Assembly: GCA_945861665.1 (NCBI GenBank)
Contig: CAMAVS010000010.1
Coordinates: forward strand, 13,371 to 77,370
DNA length: 64,000 nucleotides
Direction of reading: 5' to 3'
Source of the DNA: Chitinophaga pinensis
GTDB taxonomy: Bacteria > Bacteroidota > Bacteroidia > UBA4408
Part shown: positions 1 through 11,228 of the stretch, piece after piece
How the letters are laid out: every line of letters begins with the position of its first letter
How positions within the stretch are numbered: position 1 is the stretch's first letter
The notes under the pieces: generated by a model
Databases searched by the model: none
What the model was told of the DNA's origin: nothing
Seen by the model: the letters and a program-made list of their open reading frames with translations, nothing else
Made by a program: the position numbers and the translations under genes

Positions 1-549
1 TAATTTTTTTTTCCATTCAAAATAACCTATAAATGCTATAATAACATATAATCCGTATAGAATTGCTGTTAGGTTTAAACCTTTTGAAGCGTATAACAAT
101 ATGCACCCAATATTAATAAATACCCAAAAAATCCAATTTTGAATAATTTTTTTTGAAACCATATAGGTGGCGAGTAAACTGAAAATGGTTATTGGTGCAT
201 CTAAATAGGGCATTGAAGTTGGAGTATAGGTAGAGAATAAATACCCAACGATTATTGAGACAAGAGATGCTGAAATAATAGTGTAGATTAGCATTTCATT
301 ACTCCAAGTACTTATATGCAGTGATTCGTTTTTTTTGTCTTTTTTTTTCCATTGTAAATATCCATAAACAGCCATTATTAAATAAAAAATCTGCAAAATT
401 GTTTCCAAGTATAATTTACTTTGGTAGCAAATAAAAACATAAATAGCTACGCTGACAAATGCTGCATACCAACACCAACTATTTTCTTTAATAGCGAAAA
501 TTACATATACCAATGCTAGTGCAACTGCTATTGTTTCTTCAATACTCAT
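1..549 (-). CDS. pnuC: Nicotinamide riboside transporter PnuC family (3' end runs off the window)
   Basis: Not in the ORF track. Hand translation from ATG at 549 gives MSIEETIAVALALVYVIFAIKENSWCWYAA...YGYLQW...MPYLDAPITIFSLLATYMVSKKIIQNWIFW...GYFEWKK, matching PnuC motifs. Confidence 0.88.
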   Translation of the reverse strand, partial: MSIEETIAVALALVYVIFAIKENSWCWYAAFVSVAIYVFICYQSKLYLETILQIFYLIMAVYGYLQWKKKDKKNESLHISTWSNEMLIYTIISASLVSIIVGYLFSTYTPTSMPYLDAPITIFSLLATYMVSKKIIQNWIFWVFINIGCILLYASKGLNLTAILYGLYVIIAFIGYFEWKKKL

Positions 550-559
550 TTTGCTAATG

Positions 560-1462
560 TTATTGTGCCCAATTTATACCTTTTTTAAGGTAGGCCAATG
601 TTTTTTCTTCTTTCGAATTTTTTTCAGGAATAAAATCATACAACCAAGATGCCATTTTTGGTAGGCTAATCAAAATTGACTCTACGCGCCCGTTTGTTTC
701 TAAGCCAAATTTAGTTCCTCTATCGTAAATTAAGTTAAATTCAACGTAGCGTCCACGTCTTATTAATTGCCACTTTTTTTCCCTTTCATTAAAAGGAGTA
801 TTTTTATTTTTTTCTACCAAATGCATGTATATTGGTACAAATACTTTAGCAAGTGCTGTAATAAATTCAAGTAGCTTATCCATACTGCAATCCGGCGATT
901 CCATCAACTTATCAAAAAATATTCCTCCTATCCCTCGCGTTTCATTTCTGTGTTTTATGAAAAAATAATCATCCGCATTTTTTGAAAATGCAGGATAATA
1001 TTCTAATGAGAATGTGTCACATAATTTTTTTATTTCTGTATGAAAGTAGCTTGCATCTATTACGTTTACAAAGTGAGGAGTTAGGTCAATTCCACCACCA
1101 ACCCATTTTATTTTGTCGTCAATTTCAAAATAGCGTACATTCATATGAATAATTGGAACCATTGGGCTTTGAGGGTGTATTACAATAGATAGCCCGGTTG
1201 CTAAAAACTGATTTGATTTACTTTTTCCTTCCAATTCTTTTTTTAGAAATTCAGGAATAGGGCCGTAAACAGTAGAAAAGTTTACCCCACCTTTTTCAAA
1301 CACTTTTCCATCTTGTATTATTCTACTTATACCACCACCACCTTCTTCTCGTATCCATTTATCTTCAATAAAGCGAGCTTTACCATCAATGTTTTCGAGT
1401 GCAGAACAAATTTCGTTTTGTATTTTTTTTAGACGTTCTTGAATATCTTCTTTGTGCGCCAT
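560..1462 (-). CDS. hemF: Oxygen-dependent coproporphyrinogen III oxidase
   Basis: FEKGGVNFS, HMNVRYF, GGGIDLTP, RGIGGIFFD, RRGRYVEFNL.YDRGT.FGL motifs. Confidence 0.97.
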   Translation of the reverse strand: MAHKEDIQERLKKIQNEICSALENIDGKARFIEDKWIREEGGGGISRIIQDGKVFEKGGVNFSTVYGPIPEFLKKELEGKSKSNQFLATGLSIVIHPQSPMVPIIHMNVRYFEIDDKIKWVGGGIDLTPHFVNVIDASYFHTEIKKLCDTFSLEYYPAFSKNADDYFFIKHRNETRGIGGIFFDKLMESPDCSMDKLLEFITALAKVFVPIYMHLVEKNKNTPFNEREKKWQLIRRGRYVEFNLIYDRGTKFGLETNGRVESILISLPKMASWLYDFIPEKNSKEEKTLAYLKKGINWAQ

Positions 1463-1473
1463 CTATTGCTTAA

Positions 1474-3120
1474 CTAATTAGCGGGGGTTAAACTAAAATC
1501 TTGATATTTTAAAATAAATACTTTTTGGTTTTCGTAACCACTTTCTTCTCCAGTTTTAAAATAATTGAACTGCGTATTTATTCCATTGCTTTTAATTTCA
1601 ATTGATTTTTCCATAAAGCTAATCCCATAATTTTTTAATGCTAAAAGGTGGTACATAGCAATATCGTACCCTTCATAGGCAAATTTGTTTGGTTCCGTTT
1701 TGTATGTTTCACGAAATCGTTGAATAAATTTTTTCGTTTCAGGATTTTCGTAATTAACAAAGTTATTGGAGGGGATATGCAATTGGGTATTTTGAATGGT
1801 ATTTATTTCCAAATTTTCATAGCCAATCCAACTTTCCATACCAACTATGATAATTTTATAATCTTTTGTAAGTGTATTCATTTTATTTAAAAAATCGGTA
1901 ACAAAAGCTTGATCGTTAGATGGAACAAAAATGATGTTGTTCTTTGTAGTTGATAGTTTTGCTGTTAACCCTTTTAACCCGATGGTTTTATATACTAGTA
2001 AAATTACAGAGTCGGTTCCAAGTATTTTATTCGCTTTGTTTTTGAAGATTTCTGCAGATGTTTTTTCTTTGCTCAAATTATTATGAGCAACAATGATATT
2101 GCTTCCTCTATTATTAAAGGATATATAGTTCGCCAATTGTTCAACTTGGGTTGAGCTAGAGGGTGAAGCCTTGCACAGATAATGGTTTCCCAATAACGGT
2201 TTACTTGCTTGAGAGAAAGGTGCTATCATTGTTATTTTGTTGCGTTTGCAAAAAGCGGTAACAATGCTTACATCATCCGAGTGAAAAGGTCCAATAATTA
2301 AATTTAACTCTTTTAATTCTGGCTTTTTAAGAAAATTTTCAATTTGTATTGAGTCGCTTGGAATGTCGTATACCAATATATTGCAATGAATGCCTAATTT
2401 TTTTAGTGAATCAAATGCCAATGAAAATCCTTCATAAAATTCAACTGCGGGAACTGATTTAGGGTAAATTGTTTTTTGCTCATTTTTATTTTCATAGATA
2501 AATGCACTGTCATTTTTTGTGAGGTAAAGAGGTAAAAATAATCCAACATTATAAATCTCATTGCCTGTTATCTTTTTTTTAGTTCCTGCTAATGGCAGAG
2601 GAGTAGGAGAAATTACCTTGTCTAAGTTAGCTTTAGATAATATTATTTTATCTCCCTTTGTAATTGTTCCATTGAAGGCGGCATTATTCTTTTGGAGTGT
2701 ATCAACTGATAAATTATATTTTTTTGAAATGGAGTAGAAAGTTTCTCCTTTTTCAACGGTATGATAATTGGCGTTGTTTGAGTTGTTGTCGTTTATTACT
2801 GTGGAAGTTTCTTTTGCATCTTTCGTTTTAATAGGTATTTTTAAATTTCGACTTGGTTTTAATCCGCTTATTAGTTCAGGATTTTCAAACACTAAATCAT
2901 TCTGACTTATTTCATACAACTTGCAAATCGAATAAAGCGTTTGTCCTTTTTCAACAGTATGTATGTAGCACTTTTTACCATCAATATGTTCAATTGTTGT
3001 TGATTTTCTTAACTCTTGGCTAAATGAAGTTTGTGTGAAAAACATAAGGCAAAAAATAAGAAACACAGATGAATGCATTTTAATTTTTGATTTATATGAT
3101 ATGTTTTTTGTTATTCCCAT
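1474..3120 (-). CDS. LysM-repeat protein with C-terminal periplasmic-binding-protein type 1 domain
   Basis: Two LysM repeats ([28 protein letters not shown]), then LFLPL...FYEG, IIGP, YEGYD. The true start may be a downstream Met just before the signal peptide. Confidence 0.85.
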   Translation of the reverse strand: MGITKNISYKSKIKMHSSVFLIFCLMFFTQTSFSQELRKSTTIEHIDGKKCYIHTVEKGQTLYSICKLYEISQNDLVFENPELISGLKPSRNLKIPIKTKDAKETSTVINDNNSNNANYHTVEKGETFYSISKKYNLSVDTLQKNNAAFNGTITKGDKIILSKANLDKVISPTPLPLAGTKKKITGNEIYNVGLFLPLYLTKNDSAFIYENKNEQKTIYPKSVPAVEFYEGFSLAFDSLKKLGIHCNILVYDIPSDSIQIENFLKKPELKELNLIIGPFHSDDVSIVTAFCKRNKITMIAPFSQASKPLLGNHYLCKASPSSSTQVEQLANYISFNNRGSNIIVAHNNLSKEKTSAEIFKNKANKILGTDSVILLVYKTIGLKGLTAKLSTTKNNIIFVPSNDQAFVTDFLNKMNTLTKDYKIIIVGMESWIGYENLEINTIQNTQLHIPSNNFVNYENPETKKFIQRFRETYKTEPNKFAYEGYDIAMYHLLALKNYGISFMEKSIEIKSNGINTQFNYFKTGEESGYENQKVFILKYQDFSLTPAN

Positions 3121-4640
3121 TCAATAGTAGCGGGTGGTTTAGAGCTAATGTCGTAAACTACCCTGTTTATACCTTTTACTTTATTAATAATTTCATTCGA
3201 AACTTTTCCTAAAAATTCATAGGGTAAATGACACCAATCTGCAGTCATGCCATCGGTACTACTTACTGCACGTAATGCAATTGCATTTTCATAAGTGCGC
3301 TCATCGCCCATTACTCCTACAGACTGAATAGGTAAAAAAATAGCACCTGCTTGCCAAACATCTTTATATAGGTTAGAGGATTTTAAATTGTCGATAAAAA
3401 TGGCATCTACCTCTTGTAATATTTTTACTTTTTCTAATGTGATGTCACCGAGAATTCGAATTGCTAAGCCTGGTCCTGGAAAGGGATGTCGATTTAAAAT
3501 AGCGTCATCAATTTGTAATGCTTTTCCAACTTTTCGTACTTCATCTTTAAATAAGGTATTAAGTGGTTCAACTACTTTTAGTTTCATATAGTTGGGCAAT
3601 CCCCCCACATTATGATGCGATTTAATGGTTGCAGATGGGCCATTTACAGATATCGACTCTATCACATCAGGATAAATGGTACCTTGCGCTAACCATGTTA
3701 CATCTTTAATTTGCTTCGACTCTTCGTCAAATACATCAATGAAAACTTTGCCGATGGCCTTGCGTTTTTGCTCCGGGTCAATGATTCCGGCCAAAGCGCT
3801 GTAAAATAATTCTTTTGCATTTACACCTTTTACGTTTAAGCCCATATATTTATATGAGTTAAGGACGTTTTCAAATTCATTTTTTCGCAATAAGCCGTTG
3901 TCTACGAAAATGCAATAAAGATTTTCCCCAATAGCCTTGTGTAATAATACTGCTGCAACACTGGAATCAACACCTCCACTTAGTCCCAGTACAACTTTAT
4001 CATTTCCTATTTTGGTTTTTAAGTTTGCAATTGTTGTTTCAACAAATGAGTTGGCTGTCCAGTTTTGAGAGCAGCCACAAATTGCTACCACAAAGTTTTT
4101 CAATAAAATACTTCCTTCACTACTGTGGTATACCTCTGGATGAAATTGTATTCCGAATGTTTGTTCCCCTTTAATTTCATAGCCTGCAAATTTTACATCG
4201 CTTGTACTGGCTATTATGGAATAGTTTTCAGGGATTTTAGTAATCGTATCAGCATGACTCATCCAAACCTGCGAGTTGTTACTGATGCCTTTAAATAAAA
4301 TATTTTCTTTTTGTATGTAGGACAAGTTAGCTCTGCCATATTCACGGTGTTGAGAAGCATTTACTTCTCCTCCAAATTTTTGTGCCATTAGTTGAGCACC
4401 ATAACAAACTCCCAATAAAGGTAATTTAACTTTAAAAGCAGATAAGTCCGGATTTGGGGATAGTGAATCGCGTACCGAAAAAGGGCTACCCGAAAGTATA
4501 ACGCCTTTAATGTTTTTTGTTATTTCCGGAATTTTATTGTATTGATGAATTTCACAGTAAACATTTAGCTCCCTTACTCTTCTTGCTATTAGTTGTGTGT
4601 ATTGTGAGCCAAAATCTAAAATTAAAATAGTCTCTTGCAT
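3111..4640 (-). CDS. guaA: GMP synthase (glutamine-hydrolysing)
   Basis: [43 protein letters not shown]. Confidence 0.99.
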   Translation of the reverse strand: MQETILILDFGSQYTQLIARRVRELNVYCEIHQYNKIPEITKNIKGVILSGSPFSVRDSLSPNPDLSAFKVKLPLLGVCYGAQLMAQKFGGEVNASQHREYGRANLSYIQKENILFKGISNNSQVWMSHADTITKIPENYSIIASTSDVKFAGYEIKGEQTFGIQFHPEVYHSSEGSILLKNFVVAICGCSQNWTANSFVETTIANLKTKIGNDKVVLGLSGGVDSSVAAVLLHKAIGENLYCIFVDNGLLRKNEFENVLNSYKYMGLNVKGVNAKELFYSALAGIIDPEQKRKAIGKVFIDVFDEESKQIKDVTWLAQGTIYPDVIESISVNGPSATIKSHHNVGGLPNYMKLKVVEPLNTLFKDEVRKVGKALQIDDAILNRHPFPGPGLAIRILGDITLEKVKILQEVDAIFIDNLKSSNLYKDVWQAGAIFLPIQSVGVMGDERTYENAIALRAVSSTDGMTADWCHLPYEFLGKVSNEIINKVKGINRVVYDISSKPPATIEWE

Positions 4641-4648
4641 AATTCAAG

Positions 4649-4656
4649 CAAAGATA
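4649..4656 (-). promoter_or_regulatory. Bacteroidetes primary-sigma -7 element for guaA
   Basis: TATCTTTG on the minus strand, 8 nt before the ATG; matches TAnnTTTG. Confidence 0.7.
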
Positions 4657-4722
4657 ATGGATATTGACCGAATTGCCTACTTCAAAAATAGAAAAACAAT
4701 AAATACTTGACTTCTTTTTTCT

Positions 4723-4742
4723 TAGAATTGATTTCAATTCTA
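4723..4742. repeat. Perfect 9-bp inverted repeat, possible operator
   Basis: TAGAATTGA-TT-TCAATTCTA between divergent guaA and the PKD gene. Confidence 0.5.
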
Positions 4743-4831
4743 TTAGACTTCTTACCGTAAGCTAAATAAAGTGGAATAGAATTATTTCAAACCCCATTTT
4801 TAATTATATTTATACGATAAAATAGTATCAC

Positions 4832-7483
4832 TTGAAATTAAGGTTAGTCATATTGTTTGCATTTTTCTCCTTGCGTCTTTTTGCTACGCATATTGTTGGG
4901 GGCGAAATATACTATGATTGTCTAGGAAATAATAACTATCGAATTACCTTAAAGGTATACAGGGATTGCTTTAATGGTCAAGCCCCATTCGATCCCCAAG
5001 CTCCGGTCGGTATTTTTGATACCAATGGAAATTTGATACAAACCTTGTTAATTCCTTTGCCCGGCTTTACTCAATTACCAGTAATAATGCCTTATCCTTG
5101 TTTGATTGCTCCTCAAAATGTGTGTGTTGAAGAAGCCATTTATATTTCAAATCCCGTGAATTTACCACCTATACCAGGTGGATACGATATTTTGTATCAA
5201 CGTTGTTGTAGAAATGGGACAATAATAAATTTACAAAATCCGGGTGCAACGGGTGCAACTTATATGGCACATATACCCGATCCCAATTTAGCTGTTTGTA
5301 ATAGCAGTGCTCGTTATGTTCAATTCCCCCCGCTTTTTTTATGTACCAATACGCCCATTAATTTTAATCACGCAGCAACAGACCCCGATGGAGATGTGCT
5401 TGTTTATTCTTTGTGCGATGCTTTTGAAGGGGCATCACAAAATAATCCGGCACCCAATCCTCCGGCAGCACCACCCATTAATTTAGTTCAATACGTTGCA
5501 GGTTATAATGCACAATACCCGCTCAACTCTGCTCCGGCTATTGCAATTAATCCAAATACAGGTTTTATAACTGGTGTCCCAACTCAAATGGGACAATATG
5601 TAGTAGCAGTGTGTGTATCGGAATACAGAAACGGGCAATTAATCAGTGTAAATAAACGCGACTTTCAATTCAATGTGCTAAACTGTTCCAATGCTATTGC
5701 TGCTTTAGCAATTCCTAACTTAAGTATTTTTTGCGATAGCTTATCGGTTTATTTTGCCAACAACAGTGTAAATGCTACTGGGTATCATTGGGATTTTGGT
5801 GTGAATAATATCAACAACGATACTTCCAATCAAGCGACACCAACGTATACTTATCCCGATACAGGTTGTTATACTGCTATGCTTGTAGCATTTAACCAAA
5901 ACAATAATTGTTTCGATACCGTTTACACTACGTTTTGTTTATATCCTAAATTAGATCCGGCATTTTTTTCACCACCTCCTCAATGTTTAAATGGAAATAG
6001 CTTCAATTTTACTGCTGGTGGAGTATTTGATCCAACAGCAACATTTTTATGGGACTTTGGTCCCAATGCTAATCCTGTTACAACTATACAAAGAGATCCT
6101 TTGGGCGTTACATTTAATGCTCCTGGAAATTATATGGTGATACTAACTATTTCGCAATTTGGTTGTGTAAAAGCAGACACTCAGTATGTTGATGTGTATG
6201 TCTCTCCTGCTTCAATCATTGGTCCACAAACTCAATTTTGCACAGGCTATACCATCAATTTTACTAACCAGAGTTTAAATGGGCAAAATTATTTTTGGAA
6301 TTTCGGTGACCCACTTTCATTGGGTGATACCTCGCATCTTTTCCAACCTTCCTTTACATACTCCGACAGTGGGGTTTATACAGTAATGTTGGTAGTTGAA
6401 AACCAAGGGATTTGTATTGATACTTCTTATCTTACATTTTATATTTATCCTTTACTCGATCCGCAAATTGTGCCCTTTGGTCCTCAGTGTATTTTAGGCA
6501 ACACTTTTGATTTTTTTGCTGGTGGAACGTATACTGTCTCTACAATTTTTTCTTGGAGTTTTGGTCCGAATGCCAATCCTTCCGTATCTAATTTAGAGAA
6601 TCCTACAGGCATTGTATTTAATTCAGTTGGCGATTTTATTATTACTTTAACAATGTCGGAAAATGGATGTGTGAAAACTATAACTGATACGGTTCATCTA
6701 TTCCCAATGCCCACTATTAATTTTGGTGCTATTCCAAGGGAAGGTTGTGAGCTACTTACTGTTCAGTTTTTGGATAGCTCATTCGCAGCTACTGCTATTA
6801 TTTATCATTGGGATTTTGGCGATGGCGATACTTCTAATATTCAAAATCCGGAACATATATATATTAAAATTGGCACCTATTCTGTTACACTAACAATTCG
6901 TACTATTAGCGGCTGCGTTCAAACTTTAACACTGAATAAGCCAAACTTTATTACTGTGTATCCTTTACCAATGGCCGGCATTGATATTAATCCTACTGAG
7001 GCATCTATTTTTGAACCTTTCATTTCGTTTACAGATAAAGGACTGAATCACACCGATTGCTTTTTAATGTTTGGTGACGGAACATCTTCCGATACCTGCG
7101 ATGTTACACATACCTATAGAGACACAGGATTATTCAATGTAAAGCAAATAGTATACAATGAATTTGGTTGTTCTGATACGCTATATAGTACTGTTTATAT
7201 AAGTTCTGAATACCGTTTTTGGGTTCCAAATGCATTTACACCGAATAGTGATGGTAATAATGATGTCTTTTTACCAGTTATGCTTGGAGTAAAAGAGTTT
7301 AATATGAAAATTTATGATCGTTGGGGAGAGTTGATTTTTGAAACAAACGATAAGAACTTCGGTTGGAATGGTACCTTCAAAGGGGAAAAGGTTCAGATGG
7401 AAGTATATGTTTACAAAATAGAGTTAACTAACGTTTTTGATAAAAAATTCAATCTTGTTCGAACTGTAACCTTAGTGCGCTAA
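4832..7483 (+). CDS. PKD-repeat protein with T9SS type-B (gliding motility-associated) C-terminal domain
   Basis: Signal peptide, ATHIVGGEIYY N-terminus, multiple W(D/N/S)FG PKD repeats, C-terminal VPNAFTPNSDGNND...IYDRWGE...VTLVR. Confidence 0.92.
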   Translation: MKLRLVILFAFFSLRLFATHIVGGEIYYDCLGNNNYRITLKVYRDCFNGQAPFDPQAPVGIFDTNGNLIQTLLIPLPGFTQLPVIMPYPCLIAPQNVCVEEAIYISNPVNLPPIPGGYDILYQRCCRNGTIINLQNPGATGATYMAHIPDPNLAVCNSSARYVQFPPLFLCTNTPINFNHAATDPDGDVLVYSLCDAFEGASQNNPAPNPPAAPPINLVQYVAGYNAQYPLNSAPAIAINPNTGFITGVPTQMGQYVVAVCVSEYRNGQLISVNKRDFQFNVLNCSNAIAALAIPNLSIFCDSLSVYFANNSVNATGYHWDFGVNNINNDTSNQATPTYTYPDTGCYTAMLVAFNQNNNCFDTVYTTFCLYPKLDPAFFSPPPQCLNGNSFNFTAGGVFDPTATFLWDFGPNANPVTTIQRDPLGVTFNAPGNYMVILTISQFGCVKADTQYVDVYVSPASIIGPQTQFCTGYTINFTNQSLNGQNYFWNFGDPLSLGDTSHLFQPSFTYSDSGVYTVMLVVENQGICIDTSYLTFYIYPLLDPQIVPFGPQCILGNTFDFFAGGTYTVSTIFSWSFGPNANPSVSNLENPTGIVFNSVGDFIITLTMSENGCVKTITDTVHLFPMPTINFGAIPREGCELLTVQFLDSSFAATAIIYHWDFGDGDTSNIQNPEHIYIKIGTYSVTLTIRTISGCVQTLTLNKPNFITVYPLPMAGIDINPTEASIFEPFISFTDKGLNHTDCFLMFGDGTSSDTCDVTHTYRDTGLFNVKQIVYNEFGCSDTLYSTVYISSEYRFWVPNAFTPNSDGNNDVFLPVMLGVKEFNMKIYDRWGELIFETNDKNFGWNGTFKGEKVQMEVYVYKIELTNVFDKKFNLVRTVTLVR

Positions 7484-7729
7484 TCAATAGTCCTTTAGTG
7501 CTTCATTAAATTGCTCATTCATTTCTTGAAATCGTATGTTTACTTTTTCAATGAATAGGGTATCTACAATCGTTTTTATATCCTCTATACTTTTTATTAA
7601 AAAGTCGAATTCGCTTATTTTATATGATTGCTCAAAGTTTCCCTTCTCAAATTTCACAATGTATTTTTGATTTATATAAAAAATGGATATTTTACAGTCG
7701 GGGTGTGGTATTTCGCCAATTATTCGCAT
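7484..7729 (-). CDS. Small conserved hypothetical protein
   Basis: 81 aa; MRIIGEIPHPDCKISIF...KYIVKFE.G.FEQ.YK resembles a Bacteroidetes hypothetical family. Confidence 0.7.
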   Translation of the reverse strand: MRIIGEIPHPDCKISIFYINQKYIVKFEKGNFEQSYKISEFDFLIKSIEDIKTIVDTLFIEKVNIRFQEMNEQFNEALKDY

Positions 7730-7807
7730 AAATTTTTAAATAGTTATTAACTTGTAAATGTATTAATTTTTTAAAAGACTGATATTTACGAAATATTAAT
7801 TGTGAAT

Positions 7808-8266
7808 ATGAAAAAAGGAATATCAATTTCATTACTTATTGTTGTTGTTTCTTTGTATGCTTGTAAAACGTCAAAGTCAAATAAAAAAAATGAAACAATA
7901 TCGGCCAAGTCAACGGAATCACTCGTAACTGATTCCGTTGTTATTAAAGATACTGTAGCAAAAAAGGACCAAGGTCCAATGTATGACTTGATTGTTTCCT
8001 TTATAAGTATAGGTTCAGGCATTGACGGTAAGTCGGTAAAAATTTTAGATAATTTTATCATTGCTTTTCAGCAAGATAAGAATGTAATAATAACTTACAA
8101 GAGAATTGCTTGGGGTAGAGAAGGTGAAACTGAATACTGTTTTAGCCTTGCTAATTTATCAAAAGAAATGAAGGAAAAATTTACAGTAAATGTTAAAAGT
8201 TATTTTTTAGATAATCAATTAATTGCACTGTATGAAAATGAATATTTTACCCATAAAATGAAGTAG
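7808..8266 (+). CDS. Hypothetical lipoprotein
   Basis: MKK plus hydrophobic stretch plus LYAC lipobox; VSFISIGSGID and WGREGE.EYC motifs. ATG 7808 preferred over GTG 7802. Confidence 0.75.
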   Translation: MKKGISISLLIVVVSLYACKTSKSNKKNETISAKSTESLVTDSVVIKDTVAKKDQGPMYDLIVSFISIGSGIDGKSVKILDNFIIAFQQDKNVIITYKRIAWGREGETEYCFSLANLSKEMKEKFTVNVKSYFLDNQLIALYENEYFTHKMK

Positions 8267-8297
8267 GCTAATGGTTTACATCGCAATTATTTTTAAT

Positions 8298-8305
8298 TAC
8301 CTTTG
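8298..8305 (+). promoter_or_regulatory. -7 promoter element for pckA
   Basis: TACCTTTG, about 40 nt upstream of the ATG. Confidence 0.65.
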
Positions 8306-8344
8306 CACCTTTAATAATAAAAAAGTTAAACTAAATTTTTAAAA

Positions 8345-9961
8345 ATGAACGAATTCGGAATCAAAGCTAAGGATGCTACTATAGCAGATTTAGGCTTAGA
8401 AAATGTATCGGTTGCATATTGGAATTTGAATGGGGCTGAATTAGTTGAAGAAACGTTGATAAGAGGCGAGGGCGTACTCACAGATACAGGTGCGTTGGCA
8501 GTTGATACAGGGGAGTTTACAGGTCGCTCCCCTAAGGACAAGTTTGTAGTGTTGGACGAGAAAACAAAAGAAACTATTTGGTGGGGAGATGTAAATTTTA
8601 AATTTGATGCTGGCAAATTTGATGTGTTATACAATCGAATTTGTGCTTATTTGGCAGGTAAAGAAGTATATGTAAGAGATTCGTATGCTTGTGCTGACCC
8701 AGCCTACCGTTTGAATATTCGCGTTGTAACGGAATACCCTTGGTCGAACTTATTTGCAAATAACTTATTTTTAAGACCTACACAAGAAGAAATAATGAAT
8801 TTTAGTCCGGAATGGACCATAATTTGTGCTCCCGGTTTTAGGGCAACACCTGAAATTGATGGTACTCGTCAGCATAATTTTACTGTATTAAATATGACCA
8901 AAAAGGTTATTTTAATTGGTGGTTCTGGTTATACAGGTGAAATTAAAAAAGGAATTTTTTCATTATTGAATTATATTTTGCCGCACGAAAAAGGAGTGCT
9001 TTCTATGCATTGCTCTGCAAATATTGGCAAGGATGGCGATACTGCAATTTTCTTTGGTTTATCTGGAACGGGAAAAACAACATTGTCAGCCGATCCTAAT
9101 AGGGGATTAATTGGTGACGATGAGCACGGATGGAGTAACAATGGTGTTTTTAATTTTGAAGGAGGATGTTATGCTAAATGTGTTGATTTAACGAAAGAAA
9201 AGGAACCGGAAATTTTTGGTGCGGTTAAGTTTGGTTCATTATTGGAGAACATAAATTTTTATGAAAACACATCTAAGGTAGATTTTTCAAATATTTCAAA
9301 AACGGAAAATACACGCGTTAGCTATCCTATTCATTACATTGACAATGCTATAGATCCGTCAATGGGCAATATTCCAAAGAATATATTTTTCCTTACCTGT
9401 GATGCTTATGGGGTGTTACCGCCAATATCTAAATTAACGACAGGACAAGCGATGTACCATTTTATTTCGGGCTATACGGCAAAAGTTGCAGGTACCGAAA
9501 TGGGTATTACAGAACCTACACTTACTTTTTCGGCTTGCTTTGGAAAAGTTTTTTTACCGCTTCACCCAACAAAATATGCTGAATTGTTAGGTAAAAAATT
9601 AAAAGAGAATAAAGTAAATGTTTGGTTGATAAATACTGGTTGGTCAGGGGGGGCTTATGGTGTTGGAAGTCGTATGAAATTATCATATACCCGCTCAATG
9701 ATAACGGCTGCCTTAACTGGAAAACTTGACAGTGTGAAATACGAAATATTACCTATATTTGGTTTACAGACGCCCATTGAGTGCGCAGATGTACCATCTG
9801 ATATTTTAAATCCTCGTAATACATGGAGGGACAGGGATGCGTATGATGCTACTGCAAACAAATTAGCCGCATCATTTGTTAAGAATTTTGAGCAATATGC
9901 AAATGCTGCTAACGATGAAATAATGGCAGCAGCACCTAAAACGGATGCTGTTAATGCTTAA
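8345..9961 (+). CDS. pckA: Phosphoenolpyruvate carboxykinase (ATP)
   Basis: TGRSPKDK, GLSGTGKTTLS, IGDDEHGW, FEGGCYAK, ENTR. Confidence 0.99.
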   Translation: MNEFGIKAKDATIADLGLENVSVAYWNLNGAELVEETLIRGEGVLTDTGALAVDTGEFTGRSPKDKFVVLDEKTKETIWWGDVNFKFDAGKFDVLYNRICAYLAGKEVYVRDSYACADPAYRLNIRVVTEYPWSNLFANNLFLRPTQEEIMNFSPEWTIICAPGFRATPEIDGTRQHNFTVLNMTKKVILIGGSGYTGEIKKGIFSLLNYILPHEKGVLSMHCSANIGKDGDTAIFFGLSGTGKTTLSADPNRGLIGDDEHGWSNNGVFNFEGGCYAKCVDLTKEKEPEIFGAVKFGSLLENINFYENTSKVDFSNISKTENTRVSYPIHYIDNAIDPSMGNIPKNIFFLTCDAYGVLPPISKLTTGQAMYHFISGYTAKVAGTEMGITEPTLTFSACFGKVFLPLHPTKYAELLGKKLKENKVNVWLINTGWSGGAYGVGSRMKLSYTRSMITAALTGKLDSVKYEILPIFGLQTPIECADVPSDILNPRNTWRDRDAYDATANKLAASFVKNFEQYANAANDEIMAAAPKTDAVNA

Positions 9962-9983
9962 AAAAAACTATTTTTCATGAGTT

Positions 9984-10010
9984 AAACACTCTCGTTTATC
10001 TGGGTGTTTT
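9984..10010 (+). terminator. Possible intrinsic terminator after pckA
   Basis: AAACACTC...GGGTGTTTT imperfect stem followed by a T-rich run. Confidence 0.4.
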
Positions 10011-10040
10011 ATTTTATGAATTATGCTAAATAGGAATACC

Positions 10041-10950
10041 CTACCTTAATAAGGTGACAAACCCTTTTTTAGTTATAAATTCGTTATTTGTGCAAAATGA
10101 TTTATACTTTAGTATTATATAATACGTGCCGATGTCGGCCAGTTTGTCTTTTATTTTGCCATCCCAATTATTATTTTCATCCGTAGTTTGGAATACAAGA
10201 TTACCCCACCTACTATAAATTTTAACATCGTGTTCATCGGCAGCAAAAGTGCCTAAATCTAAAAGGTCGTTAATCCCATCTCCGTTGGGCGTGAATATGT
10301 TCTGTAAGCTTGGGAATGTTTTATAATCTTTTATAGTAATTTCTACCTTACTGTTCTTTTTACATAAACCATTGTCGATTGTTACTGAATAGGAACCACT
10401 TTTGCATACACTGACTGTTTGTGCACTGTCACCGGTATTCCAAAGATATTTTGTCCCCATATTTTTTGCATCTAATAAAACAGGGCCATTGCAATAAGTA
10501 CTGTCGTTACCCAAATTAATAATGGGTTCCGGTAAAATGGATACATAAACAGTATCTGACCCTATACAATTTTCTTTTGTAACACTAACCCAATATACAC
10601 CTTCATTTGAAACACTTAGTGTCTGAGTTGTATCACCTGTATTCCATAAATAATTGTCTTTCCCTCCTCCTGCATCAATGGTGTAGGTTTCTCCTGGGCA
10701 GAAAGAAACTTGGTTAACGAGATTCAATACAATGCTGTTAAAATTTGAAAAATACCCATACCTGCATCCCGAACTTGCACCTCCGTGAATAATACCCATA
10801 TGGAAAAGTTCGGTTGCATTAGTAATGCAGACTGGCAGCACCAACCGGTACATCAGTTGTATTGAATTGTAATTGAGCTGCTACCCAAACGCCACTTGTT
10901 CCCGGTACGGTTGTATATGAAGGTGCAGTAACAAGAGCTGCATTTTCATT
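10041..10950 (-). pseudogene. 5'-truncated, frameshifted T9SS type-B cargo gene
   Basis: The ORF ends in a typical CTD (NIFTPNGDGIND...YSRWGN...WDG...GFVTLLR). An upstream frame (10950-10828) reads NENAALVTAPSYTTVPGTSGVWVAAQLQFNTTDVPVGAASL and joins ITNATELFHMG after one extra base near 10827. No signal peptide or credible start. Confidence 0.75.
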
Positions 10951-11024
10951 TTAGAATGATTAGTTTTTTTCAAAGTTAAACTTTTAAAGTGTACTTTATT
11001 TTCTAATTCTTACAAAATAAGGGT

Positions 11025-11228
11025 TTGCTGCATATTTGTATTGAGAACAAAAATATTATATTTAATAGTAGTTTTATTATGAATAAGGTGTGGGGTAATG
11101 GCGATTTTTTTATTGCGAAAAGCATGGCTTTTTATATCGCTCGATTAAGAAAGGTATTAAAAGTCGAGGAGAATATTGATGTATATAATTTGTATGGAAC
11201 AAGATTCCAATTTATAATAAAAGAGTAA
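11025..11228 (+). pseudogene. Orphan OmpR/PhoB-type winged-helix (Trans_reg_C) remnant
   Basis: NKN.....S..MNKVWGNGDFFIAKSMAFYIARLRKVLK.EENIDV.NLYG.RF matches the C-terminus of Bacteroidetes RprY-like regulators; the receiver domain is missing. Confidence 0.72.
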
